From Basidiobolus meristosporus CBS 931.73 (taxonomy: Eukaryota > Fungi > Basidiobolomycota): a stretch of DNA of 64,000 nucleotides. Position numbers and translations under genes: made by a program. Each line of letters begins with the position of its first letter. The first letter of the stretch is position 1. Under the pieces are notes generated by a model. The model did no database searches. It was not told the DNA's origin and was given only the letters and a program-made list of their open reading frames with translations. Below are positions 37,933 through 50,814 of this stretch, in pieces. The DNA lies in the NCBI GenBank assembly GCA_002104905.1, contig MCFE01000136.1, positions 62,001-126,000 on the forward strand. Direction: 5' to 3'.

Positions 37933-40900
37933 TTATGCGGTTTTCACTTAATGATTTATTGAATGAAAAAGTAGTATTTATACTTTTACCTGGTCTTGGC
38001 ATAGCAAACACGTAGAATAGGCTAAGGAATCTCCCAAGAACATGTGTGCAAAGTTTGGGGCTGTTTGGACAACTTTGAGAATTTTCATGTTCTGGGTACC
38101 CGGTATTTAGGTGAAAATATTCTAAGTAAATCCCAACAAAAAATTTTGGTCAGTATTCTCTAGGATTTGAAGGTGATGATCTAAGTGACTAGGTTAGGTG
38201 AATATTTAGGTGGAAATACAAATTTTCACAACACTCCCACTCAGCTATATGTTCATACTGACTAGTCCTAATTTTGACCTAAGATATTCAAACTTGTCTC
38301 TAGCTAATGGTTTGGTAAATTTGTCTGGAATCATATCAACTGTAGGACAGTAAGCTAAGTTAACTAAGTTATTCTCTATAGCTTCACGTATGAAATGATG
38401 TCTAATATCTATGTGCTTGGTTCTAGCATGAAAAGTTGGATTTCTACCTAATTGTATGCATCCTTGATTATCTTGAAATCAAGTAATAGGCGTTTTTTGA
38501 CATAGGCCTAAATCTGTAAAAAGTTTTCTTAACCACATTGCTTCTTTTATAGCATCACAGGCTGCCATATACTCTGCCTCTGTGGTGGAAAGTGCTACGG
38601 TTGGTTGCTTTCTTGAATTCCATGAAATTGCTCCTTTACAGTAAAGAAAGGTGTATCCTGTGGTGGATCTTCTGTCTTCTAAATTTTGCCCTCAATCTGC
38701 ATCAGAGTATCCCACAAGATCCTGTTCTGAATCCTTATAAGTGTATCTTAAGCAGATATCAGGAGTTCCATTTAGGTATCTAAACGTCTGCTTAACTGCT
38801 GCAATACAATCAGATCCATAGTTCTGATTATGTTGGCAGACAAATCCCACTGAATATGAGATATCTGGACATGTTCCAAGCATGATACACATCAGACTGT
38901 CAACCATAGATTGATAAGGAAAGGTAGGGCTTTCAGATGGCACAAAGCTCTCTTGATTTGCATGAGTTTTGACCAAGTTAAGGTTTGTCTCCATTGGGGT
39001 TGCTGCCGGTTTACAGTCTTCCATTTGGTACTTCTTTAGTATATCTTGAATATACCTGAATTGGCTTAGGGTGATAGACTGGATACTTCTGTCTATGGAG
39101 AACTTAATCCCTATGTAGTAATTAAGTTCTCCTAGATTGGACATCTTGAACTCCTTAGATAGGCTGGATTTAGCCTCTTCCAATGTTTCTAGGTTATTGG
39201 TGGCTATAATAAGATCATCCATATATAGAGCTAATAGAATTGGATTTGCTCTGTCTGGCTTATGGTATATACTATAGTCAGCATTACTCCTTTTGAAACT
39301 CAATGATTCCAAATAAGAATCTATCTTGCAATTCCAGGCTCTTGGTGATTGTTTGAGACCATATAGTGACTTTTTAAGCTTGCAGACCAAATGGGGGTTA
39401 TCTTGGACAACAAACCCATCAGGCTGGTCCATATACATATCCTCATCAAGTTCTCCATTCAAAAATGCAGTTTTTACATCCATTTGATGAATAAAAAACT
39501 TATATTTGGCTGCAATAGCCAATATTAATCAGATGGAATTAAAGTTGGCTACCAGTGCAAAGGTCTCAGTATAGTCAAGTCCTTTTGTATGAGATTATCC
39601 TTTGGCTACAAGTCTTGCTTTGTATCTTTCAATTGTACCATCAGCCTTGCATTTTGTCTTGAAGACCCATCCGCATCCAATTGATTTTTGGTTGATTGGT
39701 AATTTGACTAAGTCCCAAGTTTGATTTTCCATCAGGGCCTGATATTCCTCAGTCATTGCAGATCTCCAAAACTTTGTCTGAGGGCTATTTAGGGCCTCTT
39801 TTACAGTCTGGGGTTCATCAATATGGACTGAATAGGCATAGGCTAAGTTTGTACCCTCCTTGATATAGTAATTTGGGCTATTTCTTGTCCAATTGTATAT
39901 CTGGCCATTTGATACTGGAATGATCACTTCTGGGATATTCCTGGGCACTGATTCTGGCCAAACCATGGTTGTAGAGTCCTTGGGAGTAAAAAAACTCTCA
40001 TTGTTTTGATCTGATTCAAATCAGACAATTGGTGGATTTGAGATCAAATTTTTGTCATCATGTGATGTCATTTTTTGTGAAAATTTTGAATTTTCATCAA
40101 ACAACACATCCCTAGACTTGATCAGCTTCTTTGCTTTGGTATTGTAGAGTCTGTAAGCCTTACTCTCATTGCAGTAGCCCACAAATATGCATTTTACACT
40201 CTTTGGCTCAAATTTTGACTGATTTCCGGCCAGTTTTTTGGCATATGCTGTACACCCAAATATTCTTAGATGTTCTGCACTTGGTCTGTATTTATACCAT
40301 GCTTCAAATGGAGTAGAATAACAAAGTATTCTGCTATAACTCCTATTTTTAAGGTATACAACAGTGGCAACTGATTCCGCCCAAAAAACATAGGATAATT
40401 TTTGATCATGGATTATAGATCTTGCTATATCAATTATTGATCTGTTAGCACGTTCTGCTACTCCATTTTGCTGTGGGGAGTATGGTACGGTAGTCTCTTG
40501 CTTTATCCCATGAACCTTGCAGAAGTGGATGAAGAGTTTTGAGGTATTTTTTCCACCATTGTCAGAGTGTATTTTATTGATTTTTTCATCAGTTTCTCTC
40601 TCCACCATGGCTTTAAACTCCCTGAACTTAGACAGAGCTTCTTCCTTTCTCTCCATGAAGTAGACCCATGTGCATCTTGTATAATCATCAATAAAGTGAT
40701 TAAATACTTCATCCCACCTAAGGATAAATTTTGCATAGGTCCACACAGATCTGAGTGAATTAGATCTAATTTTTTCTTAGTTTTGATTAACCCAGAGCTC
40801 TTGAACCATTGTCTGGCTTGTTTCCCATACATGCTGCCTTCACAGTGCTCCAAATTAGCTGGGGGATCAATTTTCACTCTAGAAATTAGCTGATCTTTGA

Positions 40901-42567
40901 TCATTCTACGCAAATAATCAAAATTGATGTGTCCAAATCTCCTGTGCAAAAGCATTGGTGTTTCTTCATTTAAGTTACTTATATTGGCTTCCAGATATGA
41001 TGGAATATAAGTCAACTAGTATAGACTCTGATCTCTGACGCCCAAAGCAATATGGGCACCATTTTGATCAGTCATCCTGCATTCGGAATTGTCAAAACTG
41101 AAACTGAGTCCTTCTGCTGTGGCCTTGCTTACAGAGAGTAGGCTCTTGGCTATTTCTGGTACATAGAGTACTTCTTTAAAGGTCAGTGTATGGCTTCCTT
41201 CACTGCTTCTAAGGTTTACTTGGATAGTTCCTTCTCCAACTGCATCAAGTGTTCCATTGTCACCCATGAAAACCTTCTTAATTGGAATTTCTTGATATAG
41301 GGTAAAAAGTTCTTTTGGTGTGTAAAGTGTTGAGAAGCTCCAGAGTCAACATACTACCTCTGAGAATCCTTGTTTGTGGTCATATTTAGTGCAGATATGA
41401 ATAGTGTATCTACAGTTGTTGCAGCATTTCCATATTCAGGCTTCTTTTGCTGATAATCTCTCTTTTTGAGAAACCGGTCTGATGTGTGTCCTTTCCTTTT
41501 GCAGTAGCTGCAAAATAGGTTGCTGTTGCCTTTGTAGGGTCTTGGGTACCTCCTTTGCTGGTTATCATTGCTTATTAAAGCATTTTCTTCTTCCTTCTTA
41601 TTGGCGCTTGATTTTCTTAATTCTTCATCCAGGAGCCTTGCATATACGTAATTAAAGTCAAGTCTTCAGTTCTGGACTCTAGGGCTGTTACAAGGCCCTG
41701 ACACTTGTCTGTCAGGCTATTCAGGATGGTAACTATCACATCCTCATCAGTAGTTGGTACGCCCACCAATTCCATCTCATCTACCAGCAGGGTAATTCTG
41801 TTAATTAGATTTTTCATTTCTTCTCCAAGCAGCATCTTTGTAGTAAAGAACTTTTGTCTCAGATACATTTTCTTAGCAGCTGAACATGACTGGTAGGTGT
41901 CTTCTAATGCCTTCTAGGCATTCTTTGCCGTTTTTGCTCTTGAGCATTGAATTAGCAATTTGTCTTTAACATTAAGGCAAATACAGTTAAAGGCACTTTA
42001 TTCTTTCTTCTGGTACTTCAAGGCTTCCTCTCCCACATTTTTAGAAGGGCATTCTTCTCCCAAGAGAATATCACAAAGGCCTCTTTCTTGTAGCAGCGTC
42101 TTCATTTTCACCTTCCACACTTGGTAGTTAGATCCATCCAACTTTTCAGCAGAGGGAAAAATTCCAGTAATAGCAGTAGTGGACATTGCAGAGAGTGACA
42201 GCCTGGGGCTCATAGCCTGTTGTAAGAGTCTTGGAGACATTGGAAGTGATTTGGAGAGCAAGTAGATTATGTGGTTTTCACTTACTGATTTATTGAATGT
42301 GAAATTAGTATTTATACTTTTACCTGGTCTTGGCATAACAAGCTCCTAGAATAGTTTAAGGAAGGTCCCAAAAACATGTGTGCAAAGTTTGGGGCTGTTT
42401 GGACAACTTTGAGAATTTTCCTGTTTGGGGTACCTGGTATTTTGGTGAAAATAATCTAAGTAAATCCTAACAAGGAATTTTGGTCAGTATTCTCTAGGAT
42501 TTGAAGGTGATGATCTAAGTGACCAAGTTAGGTGAATATTTAGGTGGAAATGCAAATTTTTACAACA
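37933..42567 (-). mobile_element. Ty1/copia LTR retrotransposon (5' LTR 42218-42567; 3' LTR 37933-38233, truncated by the MITE)
   Basis: TGTTG...CAACA LTR ends. PBS GGCTATGAGCCC directly after the 5' LTR and PPT GAGTGGGAG before the 3' LTR. Confidence 0.92.
38245..42186 (-). pseudogene. copia gag-pol (Gag, knuckle, protease, integrase, RT, RNase H) with stops and frameshifts
   Basis: Motifs KLDGSNYQVWK, DSGASQH, LLHRRFGHINF, IHSDLCGP, PQQNGVAERANR, QMDVKTAFLNG, LYMDD and GYSDAD, in copia order (integrase before RT). Confidence 0.92.
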
Positions 42568-42584
42568 CTTGCCACACCATCACT

Positions 42585-43410
42585 ACCCAGAACACAAAAT
42601 TTAAAAGTTGCCCAAACAGCCCTACACCATGTACACATGCTCTTGAGATATTCTCAAGCATATTTTATGTGTTTGCTGTGCTAATTCCATGAAAAGTGTC
42701 AATACTGTTGTAAGAGTCTTGGAGATATTGGAAGTGATTGGTGGAACAAGTAGATTATGTGGTCCTCACTTAATGGTTTATTGTGTTGTAAGAGTCTTGG
42801 AGATATTGGAGGTGATTGGGAGAACAAGTAGAATATGTGGTTTTCACTTAATGATTTATTGAATGTATAAGTAGTATTTATACTTTTACCCGGTCTTGGC
42901 ATAACAAACACGTAGAATAGGTTAAGGAAGGTCCCAAGAACATATGTGCAAAGTTTAGAGCTTCTTGGACAACTTTGAGAATTTTCATGTTCTGGGTACC
43001 TGGTATTTTGGTGAAAATATTCTATGTAAATCCCAACAAGGAATTTGGTCAGTATTCTTTAGCATTTGTAGAAAATGATCTAAGTGACTAAGTTAGGTCA
43101 ATATTTAGGTGGAAATCTGAACTTTTATATCATATTGAATGTAAAAGTAGCATTTATACTTTTACATGGTCTTGGCATAACAATCACATAGAATAGGCTA
43201 AAGAAGGTCCCAAGTACATGTGTGCAAGTTTGGGGCTGTTTGGACACCTTATCTAATCCTTATGTTCTGCGTACCTGGTATTTTGGAGAAAAAAATTCTT
43301 AGTAAATCCCAACAAGGAGTTTGGTGAGTTTCCCTAGGATTCAAAGGTAATGATCTAGGTGACTAAGTTAGGTGAATATTTAGGTGGAATTACAAGTCTT
43401 TACAATAAAC
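42585..43410. repeat. Cluster of copia LTR copies: inverted fragment (42585-42665), 78-bp terminal duplication (42706-42783), LTR about 42784-43127, partial LTR about 43134-43410
   Basis: Direct and inverted nucleotide matches to 42218-42567. Confidence 0.85.
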
Positions 43411-43449
43411 ACTACTTTCACACTCAGTAAATTGCTAAGTGAAAGTCAT

Positions 43450-44330
43450 TAAATCTACCTGCTCTCCAAACCACCTCCAGTATCACCATAAATCCTGCAA
43501 CAGGAGCGTTGTATCCAAGAGAAAAGTGTAAAAAATTCTTGAATGAGTTAACCAAGCCTAAGTGACAACTAAGTGCAGAATCTCAGAATTTTCAAGAGTG
43601 ACAGAAATATTAGCAGAGAAGTTCTAGTCTAATATTGGTCTTGTATATAGCTGAGTTGGGCTATAAAGGCAACAGAGTTGGTTTGCTATGCAGGCTAGGC
43701 TTGGTGTTCTTGGGAATGCTATATATGCTAGGCTTGGGTAGAAACTAGGACAGAATTGATGAATTTTTAATTTTGCTGAGGCACAATCTTTATTTTATTG
43801 AGACACACACTAAACCAAAAGGTTCAGTAATCTTTATTTATATCTTTCTGATCAAGTTATATTAGTAAGCACTAAGAGACTGGACTAATTGAAATCTGTT
43901 TTTGTTTAGGTGTTGATAGGTGCATAAGATAAATGAAAATTTGCATCATTAATCAGCTGATGTCTTGGCAACTGCTAAGTGGTTGAATAGATCTCTGATG
44001 ACTAATCACTTTGAAAGGCTTAGCAGATTAGTTGAGGATGTAATGACCACATGAAAATTGATAAGGTGTGACAGCTAAAAATAGATTCTGAGAAGTGAAA
44101 AAATAAAATATAACTGGGATTAGTATTGATTGGGTTGGTGAAAATCAGTTAGGGTACTAGATTTTCTAATAGAGTAAAATTGGCTAAGTTTTAAATGTTA
44201 ATGCACAACAAGGACCACTTGAGAGAGTGGCAGCCTGGGGCTTGTTACTTGAAGTAAGAGCTTGGAAATACTTAAAGCAATTGGGAGAACTAATTGAGTA
44301 TATGACTTTGAGTCAATGATCTATTATATA
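43450..44330. mobile_element. Highly decayed copia remnants (RNase H end on plus at about 43530-43650; PBS/LTR junction at about 44221-44325)
   Basis: Weak matches to 38234-38330 (inverted) and 42191-42290. Confidence 0.45.
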
Positions 44331-44379
44331 TAACCATGGTACTTACACCTAATGAAAAATCACATGCCTGGTGCTCATT

Positions 44380-44580
44380 TGATTATCTACCAGTATTCTA
44401 CTGATATTCTAATGGTATGTTACTGGCATTCAGCTGGTGTTTTTCAAGCTTGAGATTTTTCATAGGGTGTAGTGCCAGATAGTGCTGTGAATTTTGGTGT
44501 TGATGGGATAAACAGGGTCATATGCAGGTCAATTTTGATCCCAATTTGGCACTGTATGGTGCTATCTAGCACATTTCCAT
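44380..44580. repeat. Degenerate subterminal-repeat patch related to the TAG-TIR family; last repeat before the gene block
   Basis: TAGTGCCAGATAGTGC and GGCACTGT motifs; no intact terminus seen. Confidence 0.4.
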
Positions 44581-44900
44581 GGCGTCTTTTTATGGCATAT
44601 TACTTTCAGGAGCAATTGACAACTTCGGGATTGCATTTAGATTTCACAGTAACAGGTGTACAAGTCCCAATGCATATTCTATTTGTATAATTGACTAAAT
44701 CCTCAGGATCATATAATCATTATATAGAAATCATCAAATCCGTGATGTCAGAATGAGTACATGTGTACATTCCTGGGATAAATAAACAGGCAATACTTAA
44801 TCAGGAATGGTGGGCTGACTCATAACCGCAGTGGTACTAATTGGCACATTATTTTCTGGGTTGCTCACTTGCACCTTTTCACATCACCGGTCTCTTTTGG

Positions 44901-46655
44901 ATGCCTGGTTCAACTCGATCTCTATCTTCTTCGAACAGAGCACCTTCAATCACCGCACATTCTCCTACTACTCCTTTACTAAGCCAATCTATTGGCGGTA
45001 ATACCTATGGATCTTCTGGAGTAGAGGTAAGAATCGAAATCTGCGACGACCAGCCGTTTGATCCGGACATTGTACCAGCCTATGTTGCTTTCAACGGCGA
45101 AGATGGGATTTTTGACTCCTCAAGTGCACTCTCTCAAGATGAGGTCTTTATCCCGCAAGATACAACTGGAGCTGCAGATGATGGCATTGATTATGACGCT
45201 CTGAAAGTATACTTGAAAGAAAATAAAGCTATAGAGAACGACTTGGCCTCCTCCCCTTGTCGTCCAACGCTGATAACTAGGCGCGATACTCACAAGTCGC
45301 AAACCCAGTCCATTCTTAGCCAGGTACAACCTTTGCTGGTAGCAAAACACCCATCAACATCCTAATCAGCCAGAAAAAGGAGAATTTTTATAGGTTCATG
45401 TTTTATTCTGATAGCACCGGGGTGATGTATTCCCGATCCTTCCATGAATTTGACACGGAAGATTGTAGTCTGCCGACTTTACTTGAGTCCCATTTCTGGA
45501 TAGACGTATATAATCCTACGGACGACGAATTAAAGGATTTGAGTAAAGTAAGTGCAAGTACACAAACTTCCATACAGGTGGCAAAGTCCTAGCTTCTAAA
45601 CCCTTCCGTAGGTGTTTAGAATTCATCCGCTCACAACGGAAGATATTCAAGGGGAGGAGACCCGTGAGAAATTCGAGGCCTTCACGAATTATTATTTTAT
45701 ATGCTATCGCACATTCGATCAAGACCCGAACAGTCCTACCTACATGGAACCCATCAGTATATATAATGTGATTATGAAAGAGGGCATTCTTACGGTTAGT
45801 TCCTACATTATGTGTTACATCCACCGAGTATCTGACACTCGAACAGTTTCACTTCCGCCCAACTCCACATATAAACAACGTCCTCCGCAGAATTCGCCAC
45901 CTAAAGAATATCATCAAGGTGACGCCAGGTGAGTAGCGCTTGCTATCTCGGCACCGAACACCTCCCTAATCGCATTTGAGCAACAGATTGGATTAATTAT
46001 GCTATAATCGATGATGTAACGGATGCCTTTGGGCCACTGATCCAGAACATTGAATTCGAAGCTGACTCGATCGATGAGTTGGTTCTAATCTTGAAGGAAA
46101 CCGAGCAAGCGGACATGCTGCGTCGCATTGGCTATGCTCGCAAGGTAGTCATGAGTCTGTTACGATTGTTGGGACCAAAAGCGGACGTCGTCAAGCGGCT
46201 CATGAAGCCGTCCAACGACTACAATGCGTTTCCCAACCCCGTTGCGGACATTAGGCTCTACCTGGGAGATATTGAAGGTACGTTGAACATCTTTGCATCA
46301 AGAGCCGCACCCAGATGTTTATATTCCCTGGACGACAGATCACATCCTCACCATGATCCAAAGCGCGAATCACTACGAAAAGATCCTATCCAGGTCCCAT
46401 GCAAACTACTTAGCCCAGATCAATATAGAAATCACCCAGACAGCCAATCGCACCAATGATGTGATGGCCAAGATGACACTTCTTGCCTCAATGATTGTGC
46501 CAATGAACATTATCACTGGTTTGTGGGGAATGAACGTTAAAGTTCCCGGACAAGACGACCAGGAAAGCCTCAACTGGTTCTATGCTATTGTGTGTTTCAT
46601 GTCTCTACTTGGCATCTTCTTGGTCTGGATGGCACGCAAGTTGAGACTGATTTAA
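44901..46655 (+). CDS. CorA-family Mg2+ transporter (fungal ALR1/ALR2/MNR2 type), 6 exons
   Basis: GT-AG introns at 45324-45369, 45548-45611, 45795-45846, 45929-45986 and 46278-46338 splice into one frame. Motifs FWID, FRIHPLTTEDI and GLWGMNVKVP, with two C-terminal TM helices. Confidence 0.93.
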
Positions 46656-47963
46656 GCTGGAAGCCCACCGCCAAATGGCCCATTACTCTCCCCTAACAAA
46701 CCTATCTATGCCGTCGCCCTCTGTAATAGTCAAGCCAGGTTACAAAGGCTGCAGATACCGAATGATCATGATGGTTCTTGTAAAGTAGAAAATGTAATAT
46801 GACTTGCATGAAGAGTAAAGCTACCCAACCCAGGCTATCCATGGCGGACAAAGATTGATCTTGATCTTCATTAGGGTCCAGTGCCTGACCACTTGGTACA
46901 CAACGGAATAATTGAAATAAGCTTCGTCACACCATCGGTTGCCGGGAAACATTCGACTTTACCATAGGTGTGAAAGGGCTTTCACCTGAGAACGAACTCG
47001 CTAGTTGCGGTCATGTGAATGTTTCTGCAACCGTAGCTGCATTTTTCAGGGTCAAGTGAACCTGTACCCATTCGCCATCACATGCAAAATCACATGAATT
47101 CATATCGTGAAGTAGGACATGCGTATAATTTAGTCACAGCAGATATAATTGGCACACCATTGATCAGTTGGAGATAATCAGCAACTGGTAGACTGGGAAA
47201 CGAGGACGGCCCACCACCAAATTAAACTCTGCACTACAAACCACAGTCTTAGGGATAGTCTAGACATCCGTGGTATGGAGCCACGACCCAGATATGGTAC
47301 GAGTATATTAATGAACGTGTGACTCTAAACCACAGTTCGATGAAAAGCAAGCACTCTACGACTCACGTTGGAAGGCTCGATTCTGAATGGCTAGCCCGAT
47401 ATACTTAGCGCTGACTCTCCTCAGCATATGCTTGACACGAATAAGCCTCACTGGAGGTGTCGATTCACATGAATAGCATCGCATGCAATTTCAGGCTGCT
47501 TTGTTGCTACGGTCAGCCGGTTGTACACGGTTACAGCATTGCTGCCTTCCGCTCAGGGATTCGAGCAAATGGCTGATAATAAACATATCATCGATCTTGA
47601 TTCATATGACCTCCTGTGATATCTTGGATTGTACCCGCTATTTGATCGTTGATCATGGAAACTCCAACTCTCACATGTCAGCACCGGAAGTAGGGATCGC
47701 CACCTCCAGAAAGGCCGCCATTGATTCGCTATGTTCGAGGGGATGCATTTATATGTCATCATCCTTTTTACCAATCAGTGTGACAGGTCGTTACTCTGCC
47801 TCATGGCAGATACGATTTCTTTGTCATCTGAAATCCGATCTGCCAATTCCTGACCAGCCCAAGATGCGTATAAAGCTTCTCGCCAACATGGAGTTCGCTC
47901 AAGTCAGCTAGTGGTCTTGTCTTCATTTCATCGGACCGATTCAACCTAATTTCCCATCTGATT

Positions 47964-50220
47964 ATGGCACCAAATACCGAGAGACGCATTGCTTCAGTTA
48001 AATCCCACCTTGAGTCCAAGAAGCTAGAAAGAACTCAACCTATGCAAACACCTAGGTGGGTTTTACCTTCTTAGACCGATAATCCCATGTATCGTTAAAT
48101 TAACCTGATCGCTGTAGCCCCACTGAATCCTTGGCTGCCGAAAGAGCCAATCCTTCCTTCCCCATCCGTGAACTGACCTACTATTTGGATGGTGGTGAAG
48201 AAGATACAAAGGTAAGTATGGTCCATAGTTCCACAAACCGCCCGGCACTAACACCGCCTCCCCCCACACCTAGATGAATGAGAAATTCATGTTCGAGCTG
48301 GAGAGAGACCCACTATGGCGCATGGACGATCATTACAACCTCACTCTTCCCCAAGTCAGAGAAAGAACTTTGGCCAAACTTAGAAACGTGCTTCACTGTC
48401 TTGCTAACGAATCCCCTGAGGTATTCCACAAACGCCTTGTATTGATGGGCTTAGTGGACCCTGCCTTCTATACCAGACTTGGTGTCCACAGCGGCCTGTT
48501 CTTTGGTACCATCCAAGGGCAAGCTACACCAGCTCAATTCGAGTACTGGGTCAAAAAGGGTGCAATGGCTTTGAATGGAATCACCGGCTGCTTTGCCATG
48601 ACCGAACTTGGCCACGGATCTAACGTGGCAGGGTTGGAAACCACCGCCACATTTGATGAGGCTACTGATGAATTCATTATTCACACTCCTACAGTCACCG
48701 CTACCAAATGGTGGATCGGTGGTGCAGCCCACACCGCCACCCATACCACCGCGTTCGCCCAATTGATTGTTAAGGGCAAAAACTACGGCGTTAAGCCCTT
48801 CGTGGTTCAACTTCGTGACCCAAACACTTTCAACCTGCTGCCTGGTATCAACATTGGTGATATTGGCAAGAAGATGGGACGTGATGGTATCGACAACGGT
48901 TGGATTCAATTCACATACGTGCGCATTCCTCGCCAGAACATGCTTATGAAGTTTGCGCAAGTCACCCGTACCGGTGAAGTTATCCAACCTCCTCTTGCCC
49001 AGCTCGCCTACGGTGCCCTTATCGGCGGTCGCGTGACTATGATTCGTGATAGTGCGAATTACGCCAAGAAGGCACTCACCATTGCCCTTCGCTATGCTGC
49101 TGTACGTCGCCAATTCTCCTCCAACCCTAAGCAACCCGAGACGAAGATCTTGGATTATGTAATCCACCAAAATCGATTACTGCCTCTCCTCGCCGAGTCC
49201 ATCGCTGTCAACTTCACTAGCATGGAGGTCCTCAAACTATACAACGAACTTATGCATAAACTACAGAACTCCCGCCCCGATCAAGATTTGACCGAAACCA
49301 TCGAGCTTCTCAAAGAAACCCACGCCACTACTGCAGGTCTTAAGGCTTTCTGTACCTGGAACTGTTTGAACGCCATCGAGCAATGCCGTCAAGCGTGCGG
49401 TGGTCATGGATACTCTGGCTACACTGGACTCGCTTCCATGTATTCCGACTTTGCCGTTCAATGCACCTGGGAAGGAGACAACACTATATTGACACTTCAA
49501 ACTGGCCGCTCGCTTATCAGCAATTACCTAAACATCAAGCGAGGCAGAAATGTCTCCAAAGGATTCCATTACCTCAAGAAGGCTGAGCAACTGAGCACTC
49601 TGCGTTGCCCTGGAGATGATGTCGCGTCCATTGCCAACCTCGAGACCATTTCGGAGGCGTGGAGTGTTGTTGCTGCCAATGCAGTCAAGACATCTGCTGA
49701 GATCTATGAGGCCGCTAAGGCCAAGGGTATTAGCAAGGATGCGGCCCTAGAGAACTGTGCTGTTGAGCGTCTCCATGCTGCCCGCATGCACAGCTACGGC
49801 TACATTTTCAACAAGTTTGCCGATGCCGTTCGTCAAGCACCCGAGAGCATTCGCCCTGTGCTCACCAACCTTTGCCTACTTTACGGACTCAACACCATCA
49901 AAGAAAACGCTGGGGAATTCCTTGGTTGCCAATACTTCACTGCTGCACACTTATCCATCATCCGTGAGCAAGTCAACCACCTGTGTTTGGTGATCCGCCA
50001 GGACGCAATCCCATTGGTTGATTCATTCAACTATTCAGACTACATCATCAACTCACCACTCGGTAGATATGATGGTAACATCTATGAAGCCTACTTCAAC
50101 TTGGTCAAAGCCAATAACCCACAAGAGCCAGTGCCTTACTTCGAATCCGTCATTCGCCCCATTCTGACCGCAAACTACAGCCAAACCGAAATCCCCGATC
50201 TTGAGATCGATCAGGAGTAG
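47964..50220 (+). CDS. POX1: Peroxisomal acyl-CoA oxidase (POX/ACOX), 3 exons
   Basis: Exons 47964-48055, 48118-48211 and 48274-50220. Motifs ERA.PSF...ELTYYLDGG, CFAMTELGHGSNV, KWWIGG, GIDNG, CRQACGGHGY and TWEGDN. The symbol denotes the family, not proven orthology. Confidence 0.96.
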
Positions 50221-50631
50221 ACGTACACATTAATCCCGACCGGACTGATATTAATATATTACCATACACTCACACTACATAGCACCCATGTCCGAGTACT
50301 AAGGGTGCACGCACTTCAGTCTCACACCCATTATTGTCATTAAAATTCATCATCATCACATAAACATCTTAACGGGGGGTTAGGAGTATCACACATGGGC
50401 CTCATTCACGCACCGGCTGGATCCGGCCAGCGGAATGTCACAGCGTTAGGACTGACGTATTTATTGACTAAAGGAGACGAATTGATGCGGTATATAAACA
50501 AGCTGGAAATAGAATCGGGGATTGCTTCAAGCGACTTGATACTTTCCAAATGCACGGAAATGGAAATGGAAATGGTCTGATATGTTGGTGGTAGGAATCA
50601 AGGTAATCAGGGACACGCCTCGCCGGCAGGT

Positions 50632-50814
50632 TCATATCAGCATCCAGACTACAAGTATAGTAATTGCTGATAAGACCATCGATATGGTAGATGGCGAGGA
50701 TCCAGGGGATTTGTGGCTGTCGTTGTCGTCAGTGATCTGGGCCGCGAGGGTCAGGGTCAATGTCAAGTACACAAGGAAGACGATCTGATAAAAACGCTGA
50801 AGATTCAGGGCCAT
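50632..50814 (-). CDS. Candidate 60-aa secreted, GPI-anchored micro-protein
   Basis: N-terminal signal-like hydrophobic stretch, polar S/D-rich core and C-terminal hydrophobic tail. AAT-ATG-G start context and TATATAAA at 50913-50906. Confidence 0.55.
   Translation of the reverse strand: MALNLQRFYQIVFLVYLTLTLTLAAQITDDNDSHKSPGSSPSTISMVLSAITILVVWMLI

Noticed and set aside
44806-44835. GGGCTGACTCATAACC, resembling a tRNA-iMet anticodon arm
   Set aside because: No anticodon stem, acceptor stem or T-arm can be formed.
47483-47911. 142-aa ORF upstream of POX
   Set aside because: No family features; falls in the expected promoter/5' UTR region.
48451-49170. 239-aa antisense ORF over POX (and similar antisense ORFs over JSN1, TFG1 and the gypsy gag)
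   Set aside because: Shadow frames produced by codon bias of the sense gene.
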